Notes: generated from the sequence alone by a model not told the origin. DNA of 63,453 bases, filler included, from Pelomyxa schiedti (GCA_020536535.1; 4 parts of 4 records of this genome joined end to end with filler, not necessarily neighbours in it), one strand, 5' to 3'. Shown: positions 22,889 through 36,601, numbered from the whole stretch's first letter. Program-made: numbers and translations.

Positions 22889-25800
22889 CTAGCTGAGGCT
22901 CACAGTGAGTACGAATACCCGTTTGCCATCCACGCGGAATCTTGAATCAGCCTGTTTTCCAAAGTCGAGTTAAAATTAGCAAAATTCCTGTTAATGAGTT
23001 ACTACGCACATGTACATCGCGCTCATTGGCTAGCCGCACTTCAACAACAAGGCCAATGAAGAAATCACTCCTGCATAAAGTGAGTTTGTTGTTGTTTGCA
23101 AACAAGTAGTACTTTTCTCCGCGGTAAAGTGCTTGTGATTCGGGTGAGAGATAATATACATTCTCGGGGCTGGGCGCCACTGCCCGTATCAGGGATGCAG
23201 ATCGAATTAGGAAGCAAAACCGGCCATTTTCAACACTGATAAAATATGTGAGTTGACAAAGAATACCGATGCAGGAGCAAATATACCCGCCCAAGGGCAC
23301 TGTGGTGGCCATTTGCTGTTGCAGAATTTAGCTCCAGGAACGCGGGGAATGATACCTGTCTCAGATTTTGGGCGTGGCAGTCTCCCAAAGCGCGATGCAG
23401 TACTGCGCACTGTTGCTGTGTATCTTGGTACCTTTGCCTCATCTCTTCGTACATCTATGCGCATTATTCAAGCATAAGGCAACGGAGACATATTATAGCG
23501 AGATTGGGTACTTTTTGGTATTCTCCTTTTGTGTTGATTTCTAGCTGGAGGGCGACTAATTGTTCCTTTCTCGATATTAGGATAAGAATTGGCAAAAGGA
23601 AGAGCTCACAGAAGTTCGTCTGAGACTCTCACTGAGTTGGGTTTGCGTTTCCGTTGCCTTCTTTGTTTCAGCTTGTAGCAAATGTACGTTATTTCTTTCA
23701 GTTCTCTGGAATTACATGTTACGTCATTGATTAAAACAAAGTTTGCAAACCAATTGTTCTTCGACTGTAGCTTTTTGTCTCTACAATGTGGAGGAAAAGT
23801 TGGAAGTAAAATGAGATACACAAATTAACCCGTAATAACTGGTACAAATTAGTCTCTGAGATGAGAGGAGAAGGGCAACCTGCAGGTCCTCCTGAAATAT
23901 TTTACTTTTTGTCTGTTCTGATGTAAGATTGGAAGCTAATAAGGATAAACCGTTTCTGATTCCTGATGGTGGATGTTAGGACTAATAATAAGGGGCACTT
24001 TACATTTTCTTCCAGGGCATGTTGAACGTTTTCCTGTGTTGTTGTTACAACTACCTGGAAATTGTGAGTAGCGGAACCTGTGAATTATGCAACTCGGCTT
24101 TCATGGCAGCAATAGCGGACTTGTATTTGTCTTCTATCTGTATGATATGATTTCACTTGGTTATTGTGGCCGGTTTACCATTTGTATCTCAGAATCTTTT
24201 TCTGTCTTCACAGTCTGGACTAGTTGCATTGAAATCTCGACCTTTTTCAGCGCCTCTTCTGTCTTGGCCCGCTCTTCCTTCAAACATTGAGCACATTTCA
24301 CTTTTTCTCTCTCAAGTATTTCCTGTAAGTCATAGATCCGTTTATTTAGGCGGTTGACTTGGTCCTTTTCTTCTTCTAAGTCTTGGAGAGTTTGAGTTTG
24401 GGACTGCCTAATTTTTTCGCACTCAGTTCGTTGTTGAGTGTTCTGGTTCAGGTCCTGCTGAAGTTTGACTACTCTTTCCCGTTCTTCATGGAGTTGTATC
24501 ATAAACCTCATCTCCCTCTCTTTTGTTTGCTCAAGCTCTCTCTCAACTCCACACCGGCTGGTTTTTTCAGCTTGAAAGTTTTTCCTGGTCTGTTCCAACT
24601 CCTCACTGAGGGTGCTATTTTTTACTTTCTCAATGTCAGTGATTCTCCTCGCTTCGAGTTCTTGCGACTTGGCAGCAGCAAGGTCTTTTTGCAATTGAGT
24701 AATCCTGGTTTGAAGTTCAGTGCGTTCTCCTTTCATTGCATCCTCTCTAGTTTTTATCTTCTCCAGATCTTGCTGCAATGCCATACATCTGGCCTTTTCA
24801 TTTCTCAGAGTTCTTTCCAATTCTTGCGCAGCTTTATCTTTTTCCTTGCACGCCGCATTGAGTTGCATATCCCTAGTCTTCAAGAGGTCCACTTCAGTTT
24901 TTGAATGTGAATTGGCAGCTTGTGCGGTTTCCAATTCTTTCTGGAGTCGGAGTACAGTCTGCTTCTCAGTGAGTAGCAAATTTGCTATTTCTTTTTTTCC
25001 TTCTGCTTCCCGCTTTGCCTTATTTTGTTCTTCTTTTAATTGTTGTGTTGTGGATTCCAATTCCCTTTTACTCTTCTCTATCTCTAGTTTGTTATTTTCC
25101 ATCTCTTGCTGGAGAAGAACTTCTTTTTCTTTAGTCCTCTTCCCTTCCAATTGTAGCTGTGAAATTTGCATTTCTTTATCTCCTACTAACTGCTGAAGGA
25201 TGTTGATGCGGCTTTTCTCCTGTTCAGCTTGTCTCTAAATTTTTTTTTTTTATTATTTGCAGTAACTTTCTATGACTTGTAACCTTCAAACTCGAGATGT
25301 CGTTCTGCAGTGAAGAGATTACAACTTCTTGGGAACTGTATTTCTGCTGCCACTCATGTATCTAATTCAACTTTAGTTGTCAATTTGTAATTGAGGGCAC
25401 ACCTTATTGTCCTTTTCTTGTACCTGTCGAAAGGAGATGAGTTAATTCCAGATAAGTATATAGACACACTATCTTGTCATTGACCCCCTCAGAAAACAAT
25501 GGAGGGGGAAGAGAGTCTTCTGGGATGTACAATTCTGGTAATGCTGCATCAAACATCGGTACATTGGCTTCAAGCAATGGAAGCTCAGGTTGTACCCCCG
25601 GTTGCAGTTGTTGTGGTAGATGCGTGAGATATTTGCTGCGGAAACTAAAAAAGGAAAAAAAGGGAAGAGTGAATGGAGAGTTGTTTGAGATGAAAAGTAA
25701 CTCAGTTCTTCTGGTCATTTCTTGTTCTCTTTTTTGTCTCAGTATTTCATTGAATTTGGTGTAGTCAAGTGTGACCCTTGTCTGCAAATTTAAGTGTCCT

Positions 25801-27888
25801 CCAAAAAAACCCAGTGGTTGACCTTAAAAACGTTTCGAGTTCTGACTTCTGAGATATACTCTTCAAATGCCTACAACTACCTGAGACAAGACTACCTAAG
25901 AAAATAAAGGAAACCTTTGGCATGTCATGCACAAGCTGCAAAATGTCAAACGACTCCCGAACGTTGGGTATCCCTGTAATCCCGTTAAGATGGCCAATCG
26001 TGATTGAGAGTTACCATGATGAATAATATGGATGAGATAACTTGCTTTGGCTCCCCTGCAAAACTGTCAGAGGAATTTTTTTTGACCCATAACGTACAAG
26101 GATCCGACTGCTGCACAAGACTTAAGGTTCATAAAGGCGAGTCGGGTACTGCATTCCTATAACAAAATAAGAACAGAGCAAATAGTTTCTGGCACCTTAA
26201 ATTTAGCTATTTGCTCCCACAAAGCTTCACTATTTCCTTCACATTGGCTGAGTAGTTGGAGATGATAACGCTGCCGCTCTTCTATATTTGTGTATGGGTC
26301 CACTGAGCTCCATAAATCTTTTTCCGTGAAGGTGCGCAAATCTGAATTAGAAGTTCAAAATAGCTTTCTTCACACAGAGAGGGTACCTTCATCCAGTGCG
26401 GAGCAATGGGTTTCAACGTCTTTGCATATTTTTTCCAGTTTAGATATGCTTTCATCCAGTTCAAGTGCACTAAAATTTCTGAGAACGATTTTTGCTTGTT
26501 GGGTAATACTTCATTGGATTTAATGACAATGTTTCTGCTGTTTGAAGGCACTCACTTGTACGAGTCTCCATCAAGTCCAGTTGTTCTTTGAACTTTCCTG
26601 TGAAGGTAGCCAAATGATGTTAGAAGAATCGATATGACTCCAAGGGGTGGACCATGTATTGAGATGCAATCTTGATGCTTCTTTTGAAGTTTTTCTTCGG
26701 ATACAAAATGACCAAGATATTTCCCCTCTCCAACAGAATGGAGAAAATCAGGAACAGGTATTGACCTGATCTAAGGCACTTTCAGTGACAGGGTAACATG
26801 GTATTACAGACCTTATTCATATCACTTGGAAAGGAAGCAAGTAAAGCCTCAGCTCTCTCTCTTTCTTCACGGGCAGTGGATGCAATTTTATTGTAGGCCC
26901 TCTTTACTGTTCTGAGGTAGAATGTAAGCACTCAGAAGGATGATGGGACTCAACTTCACATAGTCATGTGCTGACTGTACAGCAGCCGAAATTGCCCGGT
27001 GCTGATTTTCCATTTCTGTTTTCCATTCTGTGCAACAGATTATTCTGTCCACAACAACTTTCTGCACTTCCTTTCCAAAGCTCAGATTGTATTCCAAATT
27101 CAACCGAAGTCTTGACACTCGATCCATGTTACTATACTGAGGTTGTGGGGGTGCTGCTGGGGAGTCAATTACAGAAAAAGAAGGAGAAGAAAAAAGGGGA
27201 ACCATTTAATCTGAAAGGCACTGGGGAGAATTGAGGGAAAGCATTCCTGTTATCATACAAAAAAATTTCACTGTTCCCACTCTAAGAGAGGTTATCCACA
27301 AAGAAGGAAAAAGCCCTACGTACCATTAAATAGGCTCCAATAGTAGAAGCATCAATCTTTGTCCCGTTAACTCCCAGAAGTACCTGGTTGCAGTCTGGAA
27401 CACCCACAGCGGCAGCAATAGTAACCTTTATAGACTGAAAGCTGAAAAAAACACAGTAAAATTAACCAGATGGAAAAACCAAAATAGAGAAAGAGGTAGG
27501 TATGGGGAAAAAAAACAAGGAAAAAAGGGAAAAAAAGAATAAAAAAACTCAATTCAACCAAAACACACTGGATGGGACCAGTTGGATTCACAGAAACCAA
27601 ATAGCCCTTGCCAGTCTCGGCCCTCACCACGAATATCCCATCATTCGCAATGCTACCCGCCCCTGCCGCTGCCGATGGGACTCTAGCTGGCACACTCGCG
27701 GAGGCGGCACTTCCAAACGTACTTGTGGGAGGCGGCGGGATCGAAGGCGAGAACGACGAGGGAGCCGTGGGGCATTCCACAGGGGAGGACGTAGACAGCG
27801 ACGTGGCACGCCCGGGCCCCGTCGGTTGATTTTGAGGCCGCGGCGGAGGCGGCTGCGAAGACATCGTCGGCGCACCAGGGTACGACAT
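22889..27888 (-). CDS. ATG11: Autophagy scaffold ATG11/RB1CC1 (FIP200)-like (multi-exon)
   Basis: N-terminal Ub-like GIFVVRAETGKGY; long coiled coil (24161-25171); C-terminal claw-like GRFCFLIR...YYLSPES...FFIGLVVE...SRFRVDGKRVFVLTVSLS*. Confidence 0.7.
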
Positions 27889-28128
27889 CACCCTTGTGGG
27901 ATCCTTTCGTTAATTGACACTGAACTTGGTTCAGTAGATTTTCCACTCATTCAGGCCGAAACTCCGGGCTCTCATGAAAAGATCCCAACAGCTCCTTTGT
28001 GCCTCAAGATGCTCAGAGGGGCACAGCTCAATCTCAAGCAAATCTTTTTGTGATGTCCAGCGAAAACGCAAAAAAAAACATAAAACAATCGTTTGGGAAG
28101 GTGACGCCACAGGCCGAGGACTAGCGGA

Positions 28129-29450
28129 ATGGCGACAGCGTGTTGGGGAATGCTGGGGTGGTTGTCGTGGTTCATTGGTGTGGTGGTGCTGGCCAGGGCC
28201 CTCGCGTGGATCCTGAGGTTCGTCGTGTCGCGACTTCGCGGGCCAAGCGACTTGGCAACCTACAAGGCGCCGGGTACTGAAACTTGGGCCGTGGTAATGT
28301 TTTCTCTATGGTTTCTTATTGCCTTTCTTTTGGTTTTTTTTTTTTTTTTTTTTTTTTTGACCTCTCGGGAGGGGTTTTCCTTATTCGAGCCTAATTTTGG
28401 GTGCTTTAGGTAACAGGAGCCTCTCAGGGAATTGGAGAGGGATTCGCGAGGGCCCTTGCCGCTCGTCAGTTCAATTTGGTGCTCTACGCTTTAGGGCAGG
28501 ACCTGCTGGCCAAGATAGCTGCTGATCTGACCACCACTTATAAAATTAAGGTGCCGTGTTAAAATGGTTTCCTTCTACTAATAAATATTTTCCACAGGTT
28601 ATTTACAGGGAAGTGAATTTTGTCAAGGCAACTCAGGAAGACTGGGACCAAATTGCACGTGAACTCGAACCTCTTAATGTTGGTGTACTTGTCAACAGCG
28701 CCGGTGTTACTCAGCTGTCTGGAAAGCTTGATGACTGCGACTGGCCCTTACTCAACACTATGATTCAATTGAATGTCGCTGGGACAACTCGCATAACACA
28801 TCTCATTGTACCCAAAATGCTTAAAAGGTAACACCGCCAGGAAAGAACAACTTTAACCCCACCACAACTAGAGGGAGGACAAAATCACTGATTATCAACA
28901 TGGGGTCATCTACCGCTCTTATTCCCTCGCCCATGCTCCAAGTTTATGGTGCCACCAAAGCATACATAAAGGTTTGTGCTTCTCCCGGTTTTACTTCCCC
29001 TTATTCCCACTAGCATTTCAGTACCTCTCTTGCCGACGAGTATCGCGGTAAAATCGATGTAACATGCTGTGCTCCTTGGTGGGTGGTATGTAATTCATTC
29101 CGCTGCCTGCTTCCCGTAATTACTTCCCGCACAGTGCACTCCCATGACCGAAATCCGCCATCCATCACTGTCTGCCATCACCCCGAGCCACTTTGCCAAT
29201 TGCTCTCTCTGCCATGTCGGAAAGACTGACTGGGTTGATCCCTATTGGGTCCATGCGCTCATCGAGTATGTGGCCCTCTTCCATTCCTTATTGTGTCACT
29301 TACATTACACCACACACCAGTCTGTTCATATCATCACTCCCTCATTCCCTTGTTGCTGGCAAGTTCATTGCCCAACAGACACGCGTCCGTGCACACTTCC
29401 TTCGCAAAAGAGCAACCGCCGCATCCACTTCAACAACAACCTCCCATTGA
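28129..29450 (+). CDS. SDR very-long-chain 3-oxoacyl-CoA reductase / HSD17B12-like, copy 2
   Basis: Same motifs as copy 1 (TGASQGIG, NSAG, YGATK). Confidence 0.9.
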
Positions 29451-29578
29451 CACCACAACAAAAGCCAAAGGCAAAACACATCAATTATTAGAATTGGCTA
29501 AATTATTTCTTCCTGTTTCGTGTGACCGACAGTCACCGAAAAATTTGATCGTTGGGGCGCAGGGACAAGGCGTCAAAC

Positions 29579-30542
29579 ATGTTGGACGACATCCAAAGTA
29601 CAGTTAAATGATATTTGTGCATTCGTTGGTTGTTTTTGCACTAGCTGTTTTTTAAACAGTTATTTCTTTTTATTTTAAAAACCTGCGTATGTAGAAATTG
29701 GGGTTCTGTTGACCTCTGTTGGGTGCTTTTTCACGTTTTTGGGCGTCATTTTGTTTCTTGACAGAGNNNNNNNNNNNNNNNNNNNNNNNNNNNNNNNNNN
29801 NNNNNNNNNNNNNNNNNNNNNNNNNNNNNNNNNNNNNNNNNNNNNNNNNNNNNNNNNNNNNNNNNNTGTTTTTTAAACAGTTATTTCTTTTTATTTTAAA
29901 AACCTGCGTATGTAGAAATTGGGGTTCTGTTGACCTCTGTTGGGTGCTTTTTCACGTTTTTGGGCGTCATTTTGTTTCTTGACAGAGGCCTCCTGGCAAT
30001 AGGAAATGTATGTAGTGTTACTATTGTAAAACTTTTTAAAACCGAAACAATCAAACCAGCACATGAAGCTCTCAATACACAAATTCGTAATTTCATTATG
30101 CTCGTGCAGGTACTGTTTCTGTCAGGAGTCATTATGGTCATTGGGCCACGTAAGACACTGCGATTCTTTGCACAGCCACGCAAAAGGAGAGGGAGCATTT
30201 GCTTTTTCCTTGGAATGTTCCTTGTTTTGATGGGCTGGGTGTTCACCGGCATTCTTATAGAAGCGTTTGGCTTTATTAACCTATTCGGGTGTGTTTCACC
30301 ATTCCAAAATGAAAACCTAACCTTTTTTTTTTTCACAGCGACTTCTTCCCTATTGTTCTGTCATTTTTGCGGCGTCTTCCATTTATTGGAACATTTCTAT
30401 CATTCCCAGGGATCAAGCAGGTCTGTAATAATTCTACTATATAAAGAATAAGGATATGCGTTGGTCTAATGAAAAAACTTACACTCACCTCCACTTGTAG
30501 CTCATAGACAAAATTGTTTCCGGGGGATGCCTCCCAGTTTAG
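29579..30542 (+). CDS. GOT1: Vesicle transport protein Got1/GOLT1 (spans a gap with duplicated overlap)
   Basis: KIGVLLT..FLDRGLLAIGN|VLFLSG..IGPRKTLRFF..EAFGFINLFG|DFFPIVLSFLRRLPFIG..GCLPV*. Confidence 0.93.
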
Positions 30543-30862
30543 ACTGTATGTAACCAAAAACCGAGCAATACTTACTGTGTTTGGAAAAAAACGGAGCGAA
30601 GTTAAAATGAAATCAACAGCCCCCGAGCTCCAGCCTCTTTACACCAAGGATTGAATTATATTCTATCCCTATCCATAAACCAAAACAAATAAGAGCAATA
30701 TCACTCTGTCTTACATTTCAGGAAATTTCTATTTTGCTTTTGTGTTGGTCAAATTGCAACTTCTGAATGATGTTATGTTAGTTGAATGAAGAGGAAGGTG
30801 TATTCACCATTAATGGGCGGGATTTGTAGTGATGTCTATGCAGTGATTGCCACAACCAGCAA

Positions 30863-31917
30863 TTACAGGACGCTGACCCATGGCTCAGCTATCTTTCTGG
30901 TTGTTGGGGGTGTGGGGTTGCTTTCAGAATGTTCTGATGTTGTGAGGAGGCTGTCTTGGATGGACTGGAGGGAATGAAGGGCTGCAAGGAAGAACAGCTT
31001 GCCAATGTTGTGCCCTGTTTTGGCAGATGTTTCCATCCAAATATCGGCACCAACCAGCTGTGCAATGTGGTAGCCTTCCTCTCGGGTAACTTTCCTTGGA
31101 AGGTCTGCTTTATTTCCGCACACAATCAACTGGGATGAGGTGAGTGGTTAATATTATCAAGTCAACTCACTCTGACAAGAGGGCTGGCTGCTTTCACAGA
31201 CTCGGCGGTTGTTTCAATGTTCTCAAGTCCATCTCCCCGGTCACTCACAGAGTACATTATGATACAGACCTGTGCGTCACGAGAGACATTTCTGACCTGA
31301 ATGGCTCAATGCGAGGATCAAACATTGGGATTCCTTACCAGAGAATATGCCCGCTCAATGCCTGGCGTATCTAAAGACTGTTGGTGGCAAATAAACCGTA
31401 AAAAAGGAAATGTACTCACCCCAGACTTGAAGGCGGGCACAATAACCCCGCAGCAACAGGTCCCTGAGGAAAAAATCACACCCGATGGTAATATGCTCAA
31501 CCGCAAGGAATTCATTGTCTGTATATCTCCGGCCGGCACTTGTCTTCCCGGAATAGGCTCCATTGAGCATCACCACCTTCAGGGGCACTCTGCCAGTTTT
31601 CAACACCTCAAACTGAACTACAAAATCACGGGCCACAGCTCTCAGTACTTTCACATCTGGAAGTCCATGGAACTCCTTGTGTAGGGTTTGATTCAAAGTC
31701 AAGTTTTAAATGTTATTATTATAATATATAATATATATATATATTAGTTACTGTGAAAATACCCTTCAAACAGGCTATAGAAGTACTTTGAAACTCTGCA
31801 CAAGGAGAACCTATCAGCCTTGCTCATTTGTGAACCAACATTTACCCACACACTCCCGTCCAAACAACCCATAATTCCACTGTTCACTGCCACGCCTCCT
31901 GGTGCTGTGTGTTTCAT
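30863..31917 (-). CDS. Divergent Rab-like small GTPase with putative N-terminal F-box
   Basis: KVVMLNGAYSGKT, TIGCDF, LQVW|DTPG, GNKADL, ETSAKTG; upstream exon 31752-31917 encodes CLDGSVWVNVGSQMSKADRFSLCRVSKYFYSL. Confidence 0.8.
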
Positions 31918-32172
31918 AGTAATGTGTCACAGTGAGAGAAAATGGTGGTTGTGCCTGTGAGAAGAATAAGCCTTAATGAGATTATGAGATTTGGTTTATA
32001 AAGGCGTTTGCGCGGCAGGGGAATGCTGTCATTAGTAGAAGGTGTTGATACATTGTGTTGACATAGTAGGTTNNNNNNNNNNNNNNNNNNNNNNNNNNNN
32101 NNNNNNNNNNNNNNNNTTAATTAATTAANNNNNNNNNNNNNNNNNNNNNNNNNNNNNNNNNNNNNNNNNNNN

Positions 32173-32900
32173 CGCGTGGGCGCCGCTTATCTGACGATCT
32201 GCGACGTGGACGCGGTCGTCGAGGCGTGCCGCGGGACTGGCGCCGACGGGGCCTTGCCGTCCGTGACCCTGGACGTGCGCGGCTTCGACGTGCCGCGCCC
32301 CAGGTCGATATTATGGGTGTACTTCACCGGCACTGGGGACCTCGACGAGGCCGCTCTGTGCCTGAAGCAAGTGTCGGGGACCTTGCTGCTGTTTGTTGAC
32401 CTCAAGGAAAGCTTTGCCTGTGGCACACTGTTCATCAAAGACCGTTTGAAGTGCTTCCAGAGCACGAAAAAGATCCTGCACTCCGACAGTCACAAAGCCA
32501 TCACTCTGATGTGCATTGGGCCGGAGGGCAACCAAGCCCACGATATCCGGAGCCTGGGACCGAGATCACACAAGGTTCTGAGGAAGTGCAAATCAGCACC
32601 GCACAAGGTCACTCGCGGCACTTTGTTGAGGTCACACACCGCAACCACAGGCTCGAGGTGTTCTCGACTGAAGACTTTGTGCACCCTTGCAACGTGATAC
32701 ACAACGAGACCAGGATTGGGTTCCAGTGTGCTGCTGGGTTAATTGCGTTCCTTGAGGAGGATGACAAGTTTGTGATTGTTGATGCTGTCACTGGCACTGT
32801 GGTTCTCAGTCAGCTTGTGCCCTCTGATTTCGAGGTTATTGAGGAGTCCTTCACTCTTTTTTCTGTTGGTGTCACTGATGGTCACAGAACTCACTCATGA
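32173..32900 (+). pseudogene. 3' part of an intronless expanded-family gene, apparently frameshifted near 32600
   Basis: Protein-like sequence switches frame; ends FVIVDAVTGTVVL, like the other family members. Confidence 0.5.
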
Positions 32901-33297
32901 TCCCACTGGTGTTGTGGTATTCTTCTTAAGGTCAAACTTTTTCTGAATTTCTGTCACCGACGTGACTTGAAACCAACCACGTGAAAGTTGAGAAACTGGC
33001 TTGCAAACCCAACACCCTCTGCTGAACTTGAATCGTCAGCCAATACGGACAATAAGGGCCATGGGTACCCAAAGGATGCCCTTGTCCTTTCCATCCCACT
33101 GTTCTGAAAAACCCGGTGTTTTTTTTTAGAAAATTAGAAGGTGCACATCGAAGTTCCTATTTATAAATAGAACAGTCTTTGTGGCTCACAACTTGATATC
33201 ACCCCGAAGTTGTGGCCGCATGGGGCACAAATTGGCCCCTTCAAAAGGACGAATGAGACGAGGCAGTACCAGACAAAAAAAAAAAAACCTCAAACAA

Positions 33298-36200
33298 ATG
33301 TTTCCGCTTCTTGGGAGTTCTCCAGCACCGTTCTCTACTGACGACCTCGGGAAAGGTGTTGCATTGGACCGAGACCAGGCGCACTTCAAGAAGCCATATG
33401 TTTTCCCGAAGGGCGCAGCAAGGTAGCCCATTCACTCATGGAAACACTCACACCTCACAAGTAACTCGTTCACGTTTCATTCTCTTTTAGAACTGTTACC
33501 AGTGTGCCCCCTGAGGTGTTGATACTGAGGCACATCCGGGAGGAGAGGGATTTGCTGCTCGCACTTTGTGTTCCTCAAGAGCTGCAGCTTGCGTATGGTC
33601 TTTACACGGGAATGAACTTGGAGGATTTCGTCAGCAAGTCCACGCACAACAAGGAATCTCTGTCACTTTTCTTCTCCCACAGAACCGTTTCACAGACATG
33701 GGAGATACCCGCGCAAACTACTGCCATGGCCGGTGCCTTGGGTGTGTCATCTGACGCAGAGGCGTTTCGCAACAAATATGGGCTCCACCACATCAGAAAG
33801 GTGCACCTTGGTGGGCTCTTGGACATCAAAATCTGCTTTGAATCAACGTGTGCAGACCCATTAATTGGTTCTTGGGTTTAACCAAGTGCACAGGGATAAA
33901 GCAAGCATTGAACAGCTGAAAACTCTGTTTTCTGGAGGCATCAGCCTGCAAAATCTGCGGACTCTTCACTTGCCAGTGGGTTGCACACTTCGTTGTTCAT
34001 TGTCTGCTCAAGGACTGACCGGTAGTTTAATGGAGACCTCTGAAGCTAATAGTATGGCCAACCTTCTTCCTTTGATCGACTCCTACGCTGTCGACGAGGA
34101 AAACCCTGTACCAGTCGCCATCGAAGTTGCCCCAACTCTTTGTAACCCTGCTCTTCAAGCTCTCACTTCCACATTCACACTCTGGTTGAAAGAGCACGGT
34201 GACAACTTGTGGAGGACGGCGCATCTGAGAAATGTGTTAGGTCCCATCAGAAAAGAGCTGTCAGCGCCCCAGTTCAGTTCTGACCCTGGAGCAAGCGAAC
34301 TTCTTGTATGTGTTCAGAACGCCATATCAAAACTCGAGACTATTGAGCATCAGCTGCGCCAAACTGTAAGTGGTGGATCCACCCCCATCAACTTCGCCGG
34401 GCTCTCCCAGCAAGTCAATTCGCTTACTCCGAGTTGTGAAACGAAGACCGCTAGGGGCACATGGAGAGGTTCCGTTGTAAACAATTTGCCAGTGTACCAA
34501 GGCGTGTACACGTACTCCACTAACGATGTCTACACGGGATGTTGTATTGACGGTGAAAGGAACGGCCAAGGAGAACTCATTTATCGTTCCCAAAGCGAGC
34601 TGATGAGCATCAAAGGTACCTGGAAAGATGACAACGTGCACTGCCCAGCAGTCGTAACCTTTCGAGATGTGCGTGCAAGTACCCCTTCGTTTCGTTTTCC
34701 ATAACCGTAACTTCAATTAGGGTACTCCTCAACGTCTTATCAAGACCGAGGCAGAGGCAGCCCAGTGGCACCAGGAAGAAAAGGCACTCATGGTAAAAGG
34801 TTCCCTTAAGACGGAACCTAAAGCCATCATCAACGGAATACACACCATCAGATTGGTTGTGGACCTGTCGAAGATCCACGACGACGCCTTCCTTACTTGG
34901 CTTGACGGTTGCAGCCAACGCTTCCGTCAAGACCCTAAGTCATTCAACATGCTTTTCATGGGGATCACCGGAAGTGGAAAGACAACATTGGTTGAGTACC
35001 TGCTCAATATTTTGACCGGGCAAGTTCATGCTTCAAAGTCTTTCAGAGCAGAGGAATTTGAAAGTGCTTCTGTGTCTGGAAGTAAAACAAGTCACGTGTG
35101 CAAGTACGACATCGAGTACAGGACATCTGACCTGAAGTTGAAGTTCCTCATTTCCCTCCTCGACACACCTGGATTTGCAGATACGCGAGGTAAGGACACA
35201 GATGCCATCAACATGCAATGCATCCTGGAAACTGTTTCCAAGCTGGGCCATATCAACACTATATTTTATGTGGTCAACGGAGGGCTCACCAGAAAGACAC
35301 TCGATCCCATGCGGGCTCTGTGTAACTGTTTTTCTGTCCTGCCCCGGGGTTCTATGCCTTGTGTGTGCACTGTATTTACTTTTTGTGACAGCTCAGAGCA
35401 AGCCGTCGGGGCACTTGATGTTTTGAACGACATGTTGCGGGGTATTGCTGACTCGCCTTCATTCTTTCTGAATAACCCTTGGTAACTAAATTCCATGAAA
35501 TGATTTATTCTCATTTCTTGTTACAGGTCCCAACACCTAAATAACCGTTTTCGGCAGAACTCAGGAACTCATCATGTGCAAGGGGTTGATAGGAACCAAA
35601 ATACAAAAGATGTTGAAGACTCAACCAAATTTCTCAGGGGATTCATTGCACAAAGAATCGGTGCAAACGCATCGTTCAGTCCTTCAGGCATGGGAAAACT
35701 TGCTGAACTGAAAAAAAGTCTGTACGCACTGTTGGCAACTGTGTCAGAAACTGTTCGGAAATTAAATGCCACCAAGGGTATGCTGGACACCTTGAAAAGT
35801 ACCAAAGTTGATGAATACGTTGCATGTGCAAGGAACATGGGTATTGAACAGTGGTGCCAACAGAATGGGTACGCATTCATAGGTGGGCATGCAATGGCCA
35901 AAGTGGTGGGCTCTGGCACATTTCCAGGAGGTGTGCATGCAACCGTTTGCCTGGCTCCAAATTGCACCAACATGGTGTGCCATGAAGGTTGCAGTATCAC
36001 TTTCACTCCAACTAAGGGACATAACAACTTCCGCGGCTGCGATGCATTCACTGGAGAGCGCTGTCATGTGTGCCCAGGAGGGTGTTCATTTTCACAACAC
36101 GTCCACGTGGCACATCCACTTGAGTGGTCTCAGTACGACAGGATCCTTGAAACTTTTAACAACCTTCAAGCAAAGGTTTCCGACACAAGAGCTGAGATTT

Positions 36201-36601
36201 CCAGATTGGAAAGTGAAGGTGCGGAATGTGTTTTTGTGTGTTTTGAAATCTAATCTCCTCCTTCCTGCACAGTTACAGAATACTCTGTGAAATATGATGA
36301 AAACATTGCAAAGCTGGCAACCCTTCGGGAAGAATTCAGAAACCTTGCTGTACTTGGAGACATCTCTGTGGTGTTGGAAACAGAACGCAGAACCATTGAG
36401 CAACAGCGTGACCTTTACAATACAATCCGCCGAGTCGAAGAGGCACAAAAGCTAACTCAAATTGTGGATCAACTTCGTTCATTTGAAGAAGCCATTAAGG
36501 AGGCCAGTCCCACATGCAATGCATCCCTTTTGCACCAAGTTCAAATGGCATTTGCAACCAGTCGCCAAATACTTTCATCTGTTCTGCCTCATCTGCTTTA
36601 A
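33298..36601 (+). CDS. Multidomain MACPF-like / MORN / AIG1-septin-like GTPase / Cys-rich / coiled-coil protein (6 exons)
   Basis: FRNKYGLHHIRKVHLGG (MACPF signature); GVYTYSTNDVYTG..GERNGQG (MORN); GITGSGKT and LLDTPGFADTRG; CHEGC...CHVCPGGCSFSQHVH. Five GT-AG introns give one continuous frame. Confidence 0.8.

Noticed and set aside
17844-29766. 2-kb segmental duplication of SDR/GOT1 as a real gene duplication
   Set aside because: Both copies end at the same base before a 100-N gap and copy 1 begins a scaffold, so an uncollapsed allele or assembly bubble is more likely.
29646-29987. Direct repeats flanking N-gaps (also 59416-59757)
   Set aside because: Both are identical ~121-nt overlaps across gaps, typical of k-mer overlap artefacts.
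31712-31745. AT microsatellite
   Set aside because: Simple intronic repeat.
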